Of a stretch of 64,000 nucleotides of DNA, positions 1 through 12,374 are shown piece by piece. Position numbers and translations under genes: made by a program. The DNA comes from Fimbriosthenelais zetlandica (lineage: Eukaryota). Location of the stretch: the NCBI GenBank assembly GCA_977030845.1, contig OZ365111.1:40858001-40922000 (forward strand), read 5' to 3'. Numbering within the stretch: the stretch's first letter is position 1; the number at the start of each line of letters is the position of its first letter. Below the pieces are notes generated by a model. That model did no database searches, was not told the origin of the DNA, and saw nothing but the letters and a program-made list of their open reading frames with translations.

Positions 1-3000
1 TAATGTATATGGGTTGATGTTCATCTGAAGGTTTAGTATACCTACTATGTATTATAGAGAACTCCAGAAAAAATCAAAATTAAAAAAGAATAGATTCTCT
101 TATGAAACAAGCCCCCGATTTTCCCAATCTTATATATAGGGCCTACTGTGGTCAGGTGTATACAAGAAGCAGATGGAAGAAGCTTAAACACGACTATATA
201 TGATTATAGTCTAGGGGTAGCCAGATAAGTGCCTGCTATTGTATTTATTCTCTCAACTCTATATACCTAGTGACTGGGACGTATAAACCCTGAGCTCTAT
301 TAATGGTATTTAGTGGTGGGTGGTGGGGAGGAGGGCAGGCTGTCAGAGTCGAGAAATCTATTAGAAACTGATGGAGGGTGGAGCAATGACTGGCTTAAGA
401 TGCAATGGGAGATAGGTGGCAATTAGCCCACACTTATACATTAATGTGGCACTTGGGGAATGGTCATACATTTGGGGTTGAATGGGGGTTGAACGGGGGT
501 TGTAGTGTAGTATAGGGGGCGGGGGGGGGGTAATAGTAGTAGAAGTAGTAGTAGTGGGAGACATGGAATACCTCCAGGGCATGAGCCCTCAGTCAAGGAC
601 TAATCCCTGCTCCACACTGGTGTGTGCCAGGCGGCTGGAGGGCGTGTGTGGGGGGACTTTCTGGTGACACCACTTCACCATATGGACACCTTGCTGGTCT
701 ATTTGTTCACCTTTCTCCTCGGGGCCAGAGATGACAAGCCCGGGTGTCTCTCACACTCTCTCCCGTCTCTCCCCCGGGCCTTCCATCGAGCCATCCCTTT
801 CCCTTGCCTCCTTCTTCTTCCCTTGCTCCTCCCAAGCCCGCGCGTCTTCTATTGTCATACGAGGGCGGGATCAAGGGCACTTTTCATTCAGCCCCGCCGG
901 GAATGAGTTGAAAAGCCATCTTGACAAATCAGCGAGTAATGGGAAGAAGAGTTTCAAACTTGGTGTTCTTGGGGATTTATAATATACAGAGGAACTTAGG
1001 CCTTGCTTATCCCCTGCAGATCTGTATGTATTCGAATTATTAAAACACATATGTTTCGTTCCAGATCCTCGGGCTTTTCGCAGTCCCAATCGAACATATA
1101 GGACAGATGAAAGAAAATATAGCTGCTATGGGAGTATATACCAATGAATTCTCTCAAATCAGGGGAAAAAATGAATGTTTTCTTTTCAATTTTACATTTT
1201 TCACTCGAGATGTCTTTATCCTCGCCTGGCTGTAATTTTTCAGGGAGGATGGTCTAGGCATTGATATGCACCTCACGTCATCTCTTATGATCCCAGTCAC
1301 CTCTGTTTGATCTTTAAAACAAATAAAACCCTTTGTAAGTAAAACAGAACTTCGGGAAAATCCCATGACTATTATTGCACTGTCTGCACATTTCCCCCTA
1401 TATACAAGAACGCGACTAAATACATTGGAACTTCTCCCTGGAATAATATTCAATATTGCATTAGTTGTGTGGGAAAATGAGAGTAACTCAAATAAAATCA
1501 TTCATGAGTTATGTTGAAATTTGAATTGGGATGCATGCATGCCAGAAATATCAAATTAATTGTTTTACTATTGGCTTGCATTATCGTGTATGCCAATACG
1601 ATTTAGGAGTGGGAGAGGGCAAAGGCAAAATCTGCAGCTTATCAGTTCAGATGATATTGAAGGTGTTTATTGAAGGTTGCCTAAATAAGATCTGTTTGTT
1701 CATGAATGATGTATTGTATATGGGCAAACAGGGTGGGAACATTAAGACGGGGGTTTATATATAGAGAACTACACTTTAATTTGTAAATAAACATATAGAA
1801 GTGTGCTATGTATGTTTAAGAGCTCAGTAAATCAGCTTTTCAACCAGATGAATTTTTATCGAGAATCCCCAGTCTAAACACAGATCTGCTAAGCGATTTA
1901 TTTTCATCTGAGCACTGAAAATAAACACACGACCGAGCCATACTGATGAAGAATTATGTCCCTGTACATATATGGAGCATGCATTCCACAACGTGATCCA
2001 ATTGATATCACCTGAGGAATTGCGATGGCTCTACTATTTTTCTTGACCTGGCCAGATTTTATTAACTTATGTTGGCACAAAAACCTGTGTGATTTTGCAT
2101 CTGCATATTTGAAAAAGATCTTTGTCCAAAGCATGACAACAATCATGAGTTTGGACTATTCTATGAATTGCAGTGCTCCTCCCCTTAATTTAAGGGGTGG
2201 TCGGTTTAAAGGGGGATGGAGGTGGGATATTGGTCAATGCTTAATCTTAGATAAGAAATGGAAGAAAATCATGGAAGGAAGCCACATATTGCATACTCCA
2301 CGTGAAATACTGTCTATGCAGTATGACTATAATGAAATACATAGGAATTTTTGCAATGCTCGAGAACGCGAGAACCGTAATAGGATTATACCACGATCAA
2401 TGACAAAACACCTCGCGCAGCATCCGGACAAAAAAAGGGGGGACAGGTTGAATGGTAGGAGAATAAAATGGTTTTATGGAGAATCAACCTGTAGGAAATG
2501 GGAGAAGGGCCTGCCACGTGGAAAGGCGAGTTGTGTGGTTACCGTGGGTGTTGGTTAAGTTTGCTTGGCGTGCCCCTGACACAGTTTCTATGTGGGCACA
2601 ATCTGACACCGGCGAGTGAAAGGCAAGACAGCCAGCAGCGGACATCCCACAAAGGCTGTTGAAAAAACGCTCATTTTTCGCTGCTGTCTTGTTGAGGCAG
2701 CAAACACGGCAGTGACATAGGGCTGTTTGTGGCCGGGCTAGGATGGGATGTTTGGAGAGGGAGGGAGAGGAGGGAGAGTGGGTGGTGGGGAAGAGAGGGA
2801 GAGTGGGTGGTGGGGAAAAGGGAGAGTGGGGAAGGGGGAAGGGGGAGGGGTTATATATGTGGGTGATCAGTATGTCTGTGGTGGTGACAATAGACCATCT
2901 ATTTTACCCCTAACTGACAAGGCTGGATCATGCATTCTGCCCCTTCCCTTTAGGACCTACTCATTGCGACCATTTGCTTCTGTTCTCTGGGGAAGATGAT

Positions 3001-3011
3001 TGCATGGTCGC

Positions 3012-3190
3012 NNNNNNNNNNNNNNNNNNNNNNNNNNNNNNNNNNNNNNNNNNNNNNNNNNNNNNNNNNNNNNNNNNNNNNNNNNNNNNNNNNNNNNNNN
3101 NNNNNNNNNNNNNNNNNNNNNNNNNNNNNNNNNNNNNNNNNNNNNNNNNNNNNNNNNNNNNNNNNNNNNNNNNNNNNNNNNNNNNNNNNN
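3012..3190. other. Assembly gap (179 N)
   Basis: Run of N. ORF-track entries spanning it are artefacts. Confidence 1.
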
Positions 3191-3830
3191 TCCATCTCTC
3201 CCTCTCCTTCTCTCTGACCATCGCCTCAACCTTCATTTGTCGAGGGCAAACACAATATTGACAGCCATACTGCAATCTTGACGTTCCTTTCAGCCCTTCG
3301 CCACAGCCTGTGTTTGACTGATGTCCACCGAGCAGCGAGACCAAACAGTTTGGGTTTCACTTCATACTATCTTCCACAGACCAGTGGGCCCTGTGAATTC
3401 CCGGCACACAAAAACCTGGCTACATGTTGGCCCGGCCTACTGTTTGACTACATCACCTCAGTGCTGTCAGTGGGCCCCGGTTATCCTCCACATTCCTCAT
3501 TTATCTCGCGCTAATTCCACTGAGCAAATGTTCATAATCAAGGGCCAAGGCGCGTGCTGCATGGAGAGCCCGTCCGCAAGCCAAAAAGGCCAATGCCCGG
3601 TCACTCGCCCCCTATGTACAGTATCAGACATCATGTATTGGGGCTCTTTCAATTGAGCACACAGTCCAGTAGTGATCTTTTACTTGGCCTTTTAATCTAA
3701 GACTTGGTGATGTTAAACTCCCTATACCCTTGCAACCAAAGACAAGCAACAGTTCTGTGCATGAACTGGTTTCTTGACAAGTCTGCCCTATAAATATTCA
3801 ATCGGCAATTGATGAGCCAACTATGAACAA

Positions 3831-3984
3831 GTGACCACCTCCCTAAACCAACCAGCCCTGAAACCGACCATGCTGGTCTTTTTTCTTTTATGTTTAAAAT
3901 ACCCCTATTAACCGACCACTTCCTTATAGAGACCACTTTTGGTCAGTCCCAAATGTGGTCGGTTTAAGAAGGGGTAGCACTGTA
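3831..3984. mobile_element. Partial Tc1/mariner-like MITE (one end only)
   Basis: Repeated GACCAC motifs (3833, 3914, 3931), inverted GTGGTC at 3955, ends ...CACTG|TA. No matching left terminus found. Confidence 0.4.
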
Positions 3985-6019
3985 TTCGTCAAGAAAATGG
4001 CGCAGTGGATATAAGGCTTAAAGCGGTATACAACTTATTCAATATCCATAGTTAAGATCTCCTTATATTCTCTAACTTAGAGACTTCCATATATGAGTCC
4101 CCTGTAAATCCCTGTTCTAGTGTAAAGAAGAGGACAAATGTCTGGATTTTGTAAATCTCACTTCAAACATACCCAAGAGCCATTCACGGTCCATCTCAAG
4201 TGGTCTTCCAAAGCTATAAATAGAACGCACAGCGTCCGTGATCATAAACATAGCGGCAACGGAAATGGCCCAAGAATCTGCCTTTCAAATAGATATGTAC
4301 AAAGCCATGCTGAGTATAAGTTTTGGGGGAAATATTTTCTTTGAAAAACATAACAGGGTTTAGGGTGACTTGTTTGAGGTTTTTTAGCGGCCAGCGGAAG
4401 TAAGTTGTATGAAGCAGTGTCGTGTTCGGGACGGGAATATAGTTACATTGTAGATTGTAAGGGACACCTCCGTGCTCATATAGAGGGGAGTCAGTGTCCC
4501 ATTCAACAAGGTATGTCCAAGTCAAATATCAAACCAGTTTATGTAGGGAAATATTGGGCAAATATCTCTGTGGACATTGTTTCCAATACACTAAACGAGT
4601 ATGTGTGTATATATGTCATATAAGAATGGCATTTGCATGGAATGTCCATAAAACAGATTTGAAATTTTTATCTTGGCTTTTTGCATGGGACAATAATATT
4701 TGGAGGACTATACTTGCTGAAATATATTGCATGGACCACTCATTGCAATACACATTCACTGCAATACAGTCATATTGCATATTATTAAAGGTATCCCAGC
4801 AAATGTCCATCGACATGATTGGGTGGAATTAATGGGGTGGGATGGACGAAATAAATGCCATTTAACATATACAATATTGCTTCAAAAGTCAATGCAACTC
4901 CTATTTTGAAAGATTATGCTCATTGACCATGAAAATATCTATCAATAAAAAAAAGTTTGGGGCACAGCCCATCACATCTGTCAGGGTACATTAAAACACA
5001 GCCACCAGCAGACTGCCTCTTTTCACGCGTTATCCTTATCAGTTTACCCATCTCCAAATCTTTTCACGGGTAACCCAATAAGGTGTACGCTAAGGCAGGC
5101 CAGAACACAGCTCGGGTGGTAAATGGAGTGGGACAAAACCATGACCTCTTGAGACGATCCATTGAAGGCGCCCCTAGCGCCTCTCTGGTAGACTCCAGGG
5201 CATTGCTTTGGTAACCGGACACCAGGGGAAGGGATAATTACTGGGCGCCCACCGCAGAGGTCGCTTTTGATTCGCCAACTTCGGGGCGCCGCCGCCGATT
5301 GGGGTGCGCGCACCAGTAAATTAAATGAGAATGTAAAAAGATAATGACATGATGGGCAGGCTATAGAGGATAAAGGGTAGTGAGAGGAGATGGGCGGAGT
5401 GTATGGAGGACACGGGACAATAAACATGTGGGCTAATGTAACGGGAGATCGGGCGCCAACATGCTGCCTGTCCCGCCAACCTGGTTTTTATGATGCCCTT
5501 CTCCACTGATAAACGCGACTTGATCTGGGTTCATGGACGTGGAAGGAGGGACGTCCTCCAAGCATCTGTTACCATCTTATATACACATTTAACTTGTATC
5601 TCATGTTATTTTCTTCTTATCGCTTTATTGACAACATGGTTCATATAATATTATGCAGATATTTCTGGTATATGCAGCGGCAATGCATTGAGAATACATA
5701 CGCACATTTTAGATCATATCCAAATAAGTAAGGATGCATTGGGAGAAGGTGATATTGAAGTACACCTGACGTTTTACTAACTTTCTAAAATATGCCTGTC
5801 TTTGGACTAAAAACTACCGTCGGTTAATTGACGTGACTGTAAAATACCAAGAATGTCTAAAAAAAAAACTTATCCGGTTTTGACCGATGAATTCTAAAAC
5901 CTTCACAGTTAACATAGGAACTATTAATGTAGAGAAAGTAACGTTTTAGGATGGGATAGAAACTTGGGATGGTAACTAGATAGGCTGGGCTAACACCTCC
6001 TGTGTAATTAGTCAATACA

Positions 6020-6440
6020 ATTCAATCACGCGCTGCACATGTCGCCCAGCTGCACGCGTTCTCCACCATGGTGAATAGTCGGCGCACTGCGAGGCTGCGT
6101 CGCGTCCCACTGACATCCATCCAGTGCCGTATTAATGTGAGAATGATTGTGCTCCCATACAGTAAAATAGCTCCCCGCCTCCTAGCGGGGAACGCCCGCC
6201 CCCGACCCGTGTAATTGTCGTAGTTTGACTTCAAACGCGACGGACTCGCGGGCCGGGGTGCGGCTCGCGGAAGCGTGTCTGTCCCAGCATGCTGCAGGCA
6301 CTATCGGTTACGGCGCGGATCAATACATGTAACCGAGTGCTGGCGACGGACGCGTGGCGAGCGTGCGTGCAGGCGCGACTTTTTAGCGTCCCTCGTGTTC
6401 AGGCGAGTGTGAAATCTCCCCCACCATGATGCCAAGACCA
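6020..6440. promoter_or_regulatory. CpG-rich island, non-coding
   Basis: Dense CG dinucleotides, no convincing ORF, sharp AT-rich flanks. Confidence 0.4.
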
Positions 6441-6745
6441 CGTGAGTACATATTGTGTTCACTGAGCCTTTCAATCCCAGCAATTCCCAGTTTTTTTATT
6501 CAGGGGGGATGGGATAAAAAAAAAAAGGTCGACGACATGACCTCGTGCATGTGAAGAGGCCACTTAGCTATTACGTTTCATAAGGGAACATATGGGAACT
6601 ATCATCTGCACTCTGAATATCTTCGGAGTTAAGTCGATCATTTTATTCGAAAGTAGTTCCCTTATTATACAATGAATAGGCTACTCAACGAAACTGAACT
6701 TTAATTGATTTCTACACATCATTTTTACAGAAGTAGGCATATAGT

Positions 6746-7018
6746 CAGGGTTCCCAGCAGTTCATGAAAAAAGAATTCCCTCTGTTTTCCCTGGGTAAGC
6801 CCCCTAAATTCCAGGAGATATTTCAGTCATATAAAGCACTCTGAACTTTAATGGCGGACATAGAATAGTATGCGTCCAAAAGTTTATCCTTCTGAGTCAG
6901 CTTTGAAATTCCCTGAGTTTTCCAGTATTCCTCGGATTCCCTGAGTTTTCCCTGTCTGAAAAAAAAGGTAACTCATTTTCCAGGTTTTCCCTGATTTCTA
7001 GAGTCGCTGGGAACCCTG
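6746..7018. mobile_element. Non-autonomous DNA transposon (MITE) with CAGGGTT-type termini, hAT-like
   Basis: Perfect 13-bp TIR CAGGGTTCCCAGC...GCTGGGAACCCTG and internal TTCCCTGAGTTTTCC repeats. No clean TSD. Confidence 0.75.
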
Positions 7019-7218
7019 CTAGTTGGCTGATTAGTTGACGCGAGGTGAGCCTATATAGGATCAGAGGGAGAGCACACCTCCAGCCATCCTTGACGTCGCG
7101 CCGACCCATGATCACGAGACGCAGTGGAGCGACGTTTGTCATGACAAGCATTGTACTGAAGGAGGCACCTGGCAGACGCACTGCGGGAACGTCACGAAGG
7201 GCGCTCATGTGGGCAGTG

Positions 7219-7233
7219 GGAGAGAGTGAGAGT

Positions 7234-7287
<54 letters not shown>

Positions 7288-7388
7288 CTGAGACTCAGAG
7301 AGAGGGAGAGGGAAGAGGGAGAGGGGAGAGAGACTCTGAGAGAGAGGGAGAGAGGGGGAGACGGAGGAAGCAAGAGTGAACGAGCGAG

Positions 7389-7456
<68 letters not shown>
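7219..7456. repeat. Compound (GA)n microsatellite
   Basis: Two long pure (GA)n runs separated by degenerate GA-rich sequence. Confidence 0.97.
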
Positions 7457-7457
<1 letters not shown>

Positions 7458-9730
7458 ATAAGAAAATTACCCACTATACCAAGCCCTTCTCCCTATCTAT
7501 TCTCACACTACCCTTCACTCTTACGCTCTCTCATCAGTCCCTATCCCAATCTTATACTTGTTCAGCTGTCCTGCCCCCGGCACTTAGGCTGACAACAAAA
7601 ATACACTCTAAATCCATTTACTTTATAAACAAACGCCATCTGAAACAATCATGCCACAGGATTGCGGCAATGTACATGTATAGTTCTACAGATGGAGAAT
7701 TGATTGTGTCATGGATTTCTTTTTCTGCTCTCATAGCTGTAGCGGAGTTGATTTTTCCAAATCATTAACAAATGAAAAGAAACTTGAATGAAAACAGAAA
7801 AAACGGCAAATAAAACCTTGACTGTGTTTGGTAATCTAATGAATCTATTCAGTGAAGCTATCGATAACTAATGCCAGCGACCAAGTCCCAATTTCATTAT
7901 GCTACTTACATCTTGTGCCTTGGATTGCTGCATAAATGAATGGCATGAACTTTATTGACCTTAGAACAAAAAATAACATAATTATACTCTAATTTTGGGG
8001 CTTATATTATAGAAGTATATATTATCAAATGTGCACGATTCCGCAGATATTCCAGTGAACAGCAGTAAAAGTATATAGACTGTGACTGCCTGGTTTGTAT
8101 ACCCATTTCCCTATACTACTGACACTTTAACATGAAGCCAAGCCTATCAAACTCTATATGAACCCAGCTCTGCATCCTATTATATCATTCATTCAATTAT
8201 AACGGTAAGGACCATGTTCTACAACAAATAACCTATGAATTATTTGTTATCCATAGAAAATTAAGACAATGAGCCAAAACATGAAGTGGCATTTTTATAA
8301 GGTCCTCGAGCCAAAAAATATCCCTATAGCTGGTATTGTTGACGCCTATACCGCAGCTCAATGTCGTTATAAGTCATAGGCGCATCCATTGTTATCAAAA
8401 GTCATGGTCGCGACCATTGTTATAAAAACTTACGAAAAGTCAGTTATAACACAATTGGCCACAAGGCAATGTAGTAATCAAGGGTAATGTCAGGCGCGAT
8501 GGGGACGAGGCATTGGTATTGAGTACTTGCCAATTTGCCACCATAATTCAATGCACAATTCAGCCTGGGTATCTATTTAATACCACTAAATACAAAACGT
8601 GTCAGGTGTGCTCTTTTGCCTGTGGACCGGGGGGCTGGGCGGCATTGGACAGAACGCACGCACATGTAGGCTACACACTGACTCTGATCGATTAAGCAAT
8701 CAGTGAAAAAGCTCCCATTGCAATCTCCGCCTTAATAGTTGCATGACTAAATTGGGTGATGAAATGAGAGGTAAGGACAAGGCTGGGTGCATTGATGGAC
8801 AAGCCTAGAACAGATTGTGTGGTTGGCCCTTGACATGCTGCCATATGGTGGGCTATAAACTGGGTGGGGTAGGAGGAGCCCTCTATGGCGAGCTCTCTTC
8901 ACTGGGCAGCCTGCGGGGTGGTGGGCTTTTGTCATAGCCTGCCTATATAGCATAGAGGAGGAGATCGCCTGATAGGTGTTTATAGGTTGCCATATGGGAG
9001 TAATGGATTTATCAATGGTAGAGGGATTAACCCAGAGCTGGTGTAAGTAATTAAATGCATGTTATAATGGTTACATGTATCGAGCGGGCAGGCAGGCGGA
9101 AATCCGTGACTATGTATGCACAGCGTGGTTTATTAAATACAGTATGAACTATGTGTCTAATGAAGGGTAGGAATTTCAACATTGTTAGGACAGGCAATTT
9201 TCAACCCTGATAGGGCACTGAATGGTGAAAATTAAATCTTTCCATTGCTTGGTCTTTAAGGGTACATGGTAAATGGGATGGGCATCGCGGCAAATAGCCG
9301 CATTGCGACCAGTTAATTCCTTCCCTGCTAATGTAGTGTCTTAGGGGTATGAAGAATTTTACACCAAAATCACTAATTTGGGGTTGTTAAATTTTTAAGT
9401 TATCGATATATTGAGTACTTAGACATACATGTTTTGCAATCATATAGAAAAAGAGGACTGAAAAAAAATTAAAAAAATGAAATTGTCACGTGAATAGGTC
9501 GCATATCTTTTCTTTCTTTAAAAAAAATTACTCGGTAATGGAAAGTTCGTGTAATTGAGCCGTAAAGATTAATGTCAGTATTGGCACCCCGTGTGACTGC
9601 CATGGCATCATGGCATGTCAGTAGCGAGATGCTGTATCACTCTATGTACACATTAGAAATGCCAGTAACCGAGACTTGGCTTCATGCTGGGCGCATGCAC
9701 CAGTATCATTCCCTATAATCTCTCCCATCA

Positions 9731-10100
9731 CTCTCTCTCTCTCCATATCTCTCATCTATTTTTTTAATTTTTTTTCTCTCTTTCAGACTCACTCATATAC
9801 AGAGATAATTTTGCTTTCTCTGTCTATCTGTCTCATCCCCCTGTTCTCTCCCTCCCCCTCTCACTCACACAATTTGTCCCCCTCCCCAGTTCTGTCTCTT
9901 TCTCTATCTCAGGCCTGTCTATCCCTCATTCTCACTGTCAGTCTCTCATTGTCTCTATCCCCCCCCCTGTCTGCATGCCTCTCTCTCCCCCATTCTCTCT
10001 TCTCTCTCTCCCCCCCCCCCCCTGTCTGCATGCCCCCCCCCCATTCTATTCTCTCCCTCTCTCTCTCCCTCCCTCCCTCCCTCCCTCCCTCTCCCTCTCT

Positions 10101-10137
<37 letters not shown>

Positions 10138-10225
10138 ACCTGTATATCCCTCATTCTCACTCTCTCTCGATCGCTCATTGTCTCTATCTCCCTCTCTCGC
10201 ACTCACCATCTCACTCATTCTCTCT
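9731..10225. repeat. CT-rich polypyrimidine / (CT)n microsatellite block
   Basis: (CT)n and (CCCT)n runs; CCCCCCCTGTCTGCATGCC occurs twice. Confidence 0.93.
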
Positions 10226-12264
10226 GTTCCCCACCTGTCCGTCCAGGTGTGCTTATACCTGACACGAGGTCAAGGGTCATTAAAGCAGTCAGTCCGGCCA
10301 TCACATGGGATCCAAGTTACGTGGCATGATGCCGAGCACGAGTGAGGACCCCTCGACAACACTGACAATTGATCAGGTCATCTGGCCCTAATCCCTCCCT
10401 CTACCTTAACCCCTACCCCACCCTGACACCTTAACCCTGACACGTGTACGGTATTCCCTGCACCCCTCACCAACCCACCCATCCGTGGCATCACCAACTC
10501 GCTAACTATTCACAAAATCGGGGCAGGGGGGGGGGAAGAAGAAAAGAGCGCTGGGGAAGCGAAACAATAACGCCTTTGGTATACCGACCTCTCTTTCTAT
10601 ACCCTACTGGTTCAACAAAGCATAAAAATCACCGGGTTGTCATAAAAACCACTCATTTTTGTTTCAGACCAAACGTGACTCCATGGCAAGGCTTTTGTGC
10701 GGGGCAGAGAAAGAGCAGAGCAGTGAGACTGCCTACTTAGGCCGATTAGAGGCGTGTGTGTAACAAAGATCAGGCAAATCAACAGCTCCATTTACCTCCA
10801 GGGGAAATACACCCATGTAATACATGAACTTGATTTCCACCCAAAAGTCAGCCGACTATAAGCCAAAGCGTGTTTTGTCGCTTTGTTTCCCTTCAATGTA
10901 TTCAAGTGTTAAAGGACTCTGCCCCTTGAAACAACCTATACATTCAGGCTACTCCATTTACAAGCTCGCGAGTCTTTCATAAATGAGCGCAGGCTGTTGA
11001 ATTGGGAGGAAAAAAAGGGCTTCATCAGAGAGGAAACACTTCTCTTATTCACCTTGACAAGTTTGGATCAGGGCCAGGAAAAACATTATGCAAACATACA
11101 TAAAGGTTGAACTTCAATTGAGAGAGGGCACAATGCATGGAGGGCTTTTTAGCGGGCCTTTTCTGCAGTTCACTATTCACTGAAGCGGCCTTTGTAAATT
11201 GAAACATGGAGGAGGCCTATTAAGAATGACTTTTTTTTCTCTTCCATTTATTCCACTGTAAATGTAGCAAATATGACCTTCTATGATGCACTTTTGCTAT
11301 ATATCCTGCAGACTTCATTTCAGAGATAAATGAAGCCTATGAAAAGCACAAAACAGGAAGCCATGCATGTATATATGCATCCGTCTCAGATGTATTTATA
11401 CTTATGAAAAAAATGTGGTAAAAAAACGGTCATGCGAGTAATAACAGGTCTGTTGGGCCTATAATCACAGACCTAATCAAGAAACCACTTGACTGGCCAT
11501 AGTACCACTGGCCTACCATACCATCCATTGATGAATTAAGTCATCAAGCAATAGAGGTAAAATCAAAGAGCGGGACTCAGGTGTGGTGGAGGGTTACTCT
11601 GATTAATCATCAACTCACGCTTCGTTCCACTCCCTGCCCCCCTCTCTCACATCCACCTCCCTCATCTCCGTTAGGGGGCGTGTCCCCGAGCAGGGGGGTG
11701 TGTCCCATGGGGTTTCCTTCAGAGCCTCTAATAAAATAAGCCCCTCTGTATCGGTAATGGACTTAAAAAACAAATGATTGTTATCTATAGGTGTCCAGTG
11801 TGTTTGTGGCTTATCTCGCCCACCTTTATCAGGGGCGGGGGGTGGGGGAGGGGGGAGACTCGTGCACGGCTGTACTGTATACCTGTGCGGATCATGGAGT
11901 TACAAGTGAAGGGCAAGCTGTCGGAAAGAAGCGGGGCATCTGTCACAGGCTGGCTAAATGAGAGGCCATACTTTGTATGATTTCATGTCAAGATTGCTGA
12001 TGCTGCCATGCATGTAACAGAGTGATTCAATTCCTATTTCCTTTTAATAAAACTTAGTCTTAAAACCTCGCCAAAGAAAATGGACAGATTTCCAAGAACA
12101 TTATATTAACTCATAAATACAAAAACGGTCATTTACCTTACAATATTTGGTATTTCATTTATGTTTTAGATTTCATTATATTTCAAGAATCCTCGCTATT
12201 GGCGACATATTTGCCATCTGAATATCAGTGCATTGCATCGTAAGCAACGACTGCCTAATCCTAA

Positions 12265-12374
12265 TTTCCAGGACCTTTCCATGTTTTTTCCCGGACTTTT
12301 GCTAAAAGGATAGGACTTTCCAGGACAACTTTTTTCAAGGATTTTCAATGATATTCCAGGACTGTGGGAACCCT
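12265..12374. mobile_element. Right half of a related CAGGGTT-type MITE
   Basis: TTCCAGGAC repeats ending GTGGGAACCCT; left TIR absent. Confidence 0.55.

Noticed and set aside
4162-4277. Minus-strand open segment DSWAISVAAMFMITDAVRSIYSFGRPLEMDREWLLGMFE with a GTGAGA donor
   Set aside because: Weak acceptor, phase incompatible with the next expected EHBP1 exon, no partner exons, no recognisable family.
8355-8450. GTTAT(A/C)..AAGTCAT degenerate 25-28 bp repeats
   Set aside because: Only about 2.5 poor copies with no termini; too weak to classify.
6897-10329. Long ORFs in the track over GA/CT blocks (also 33436-34758 upstream of 34305, and 56385-56903)
   Set aside because: Microsatellite and N-gap artefacts.
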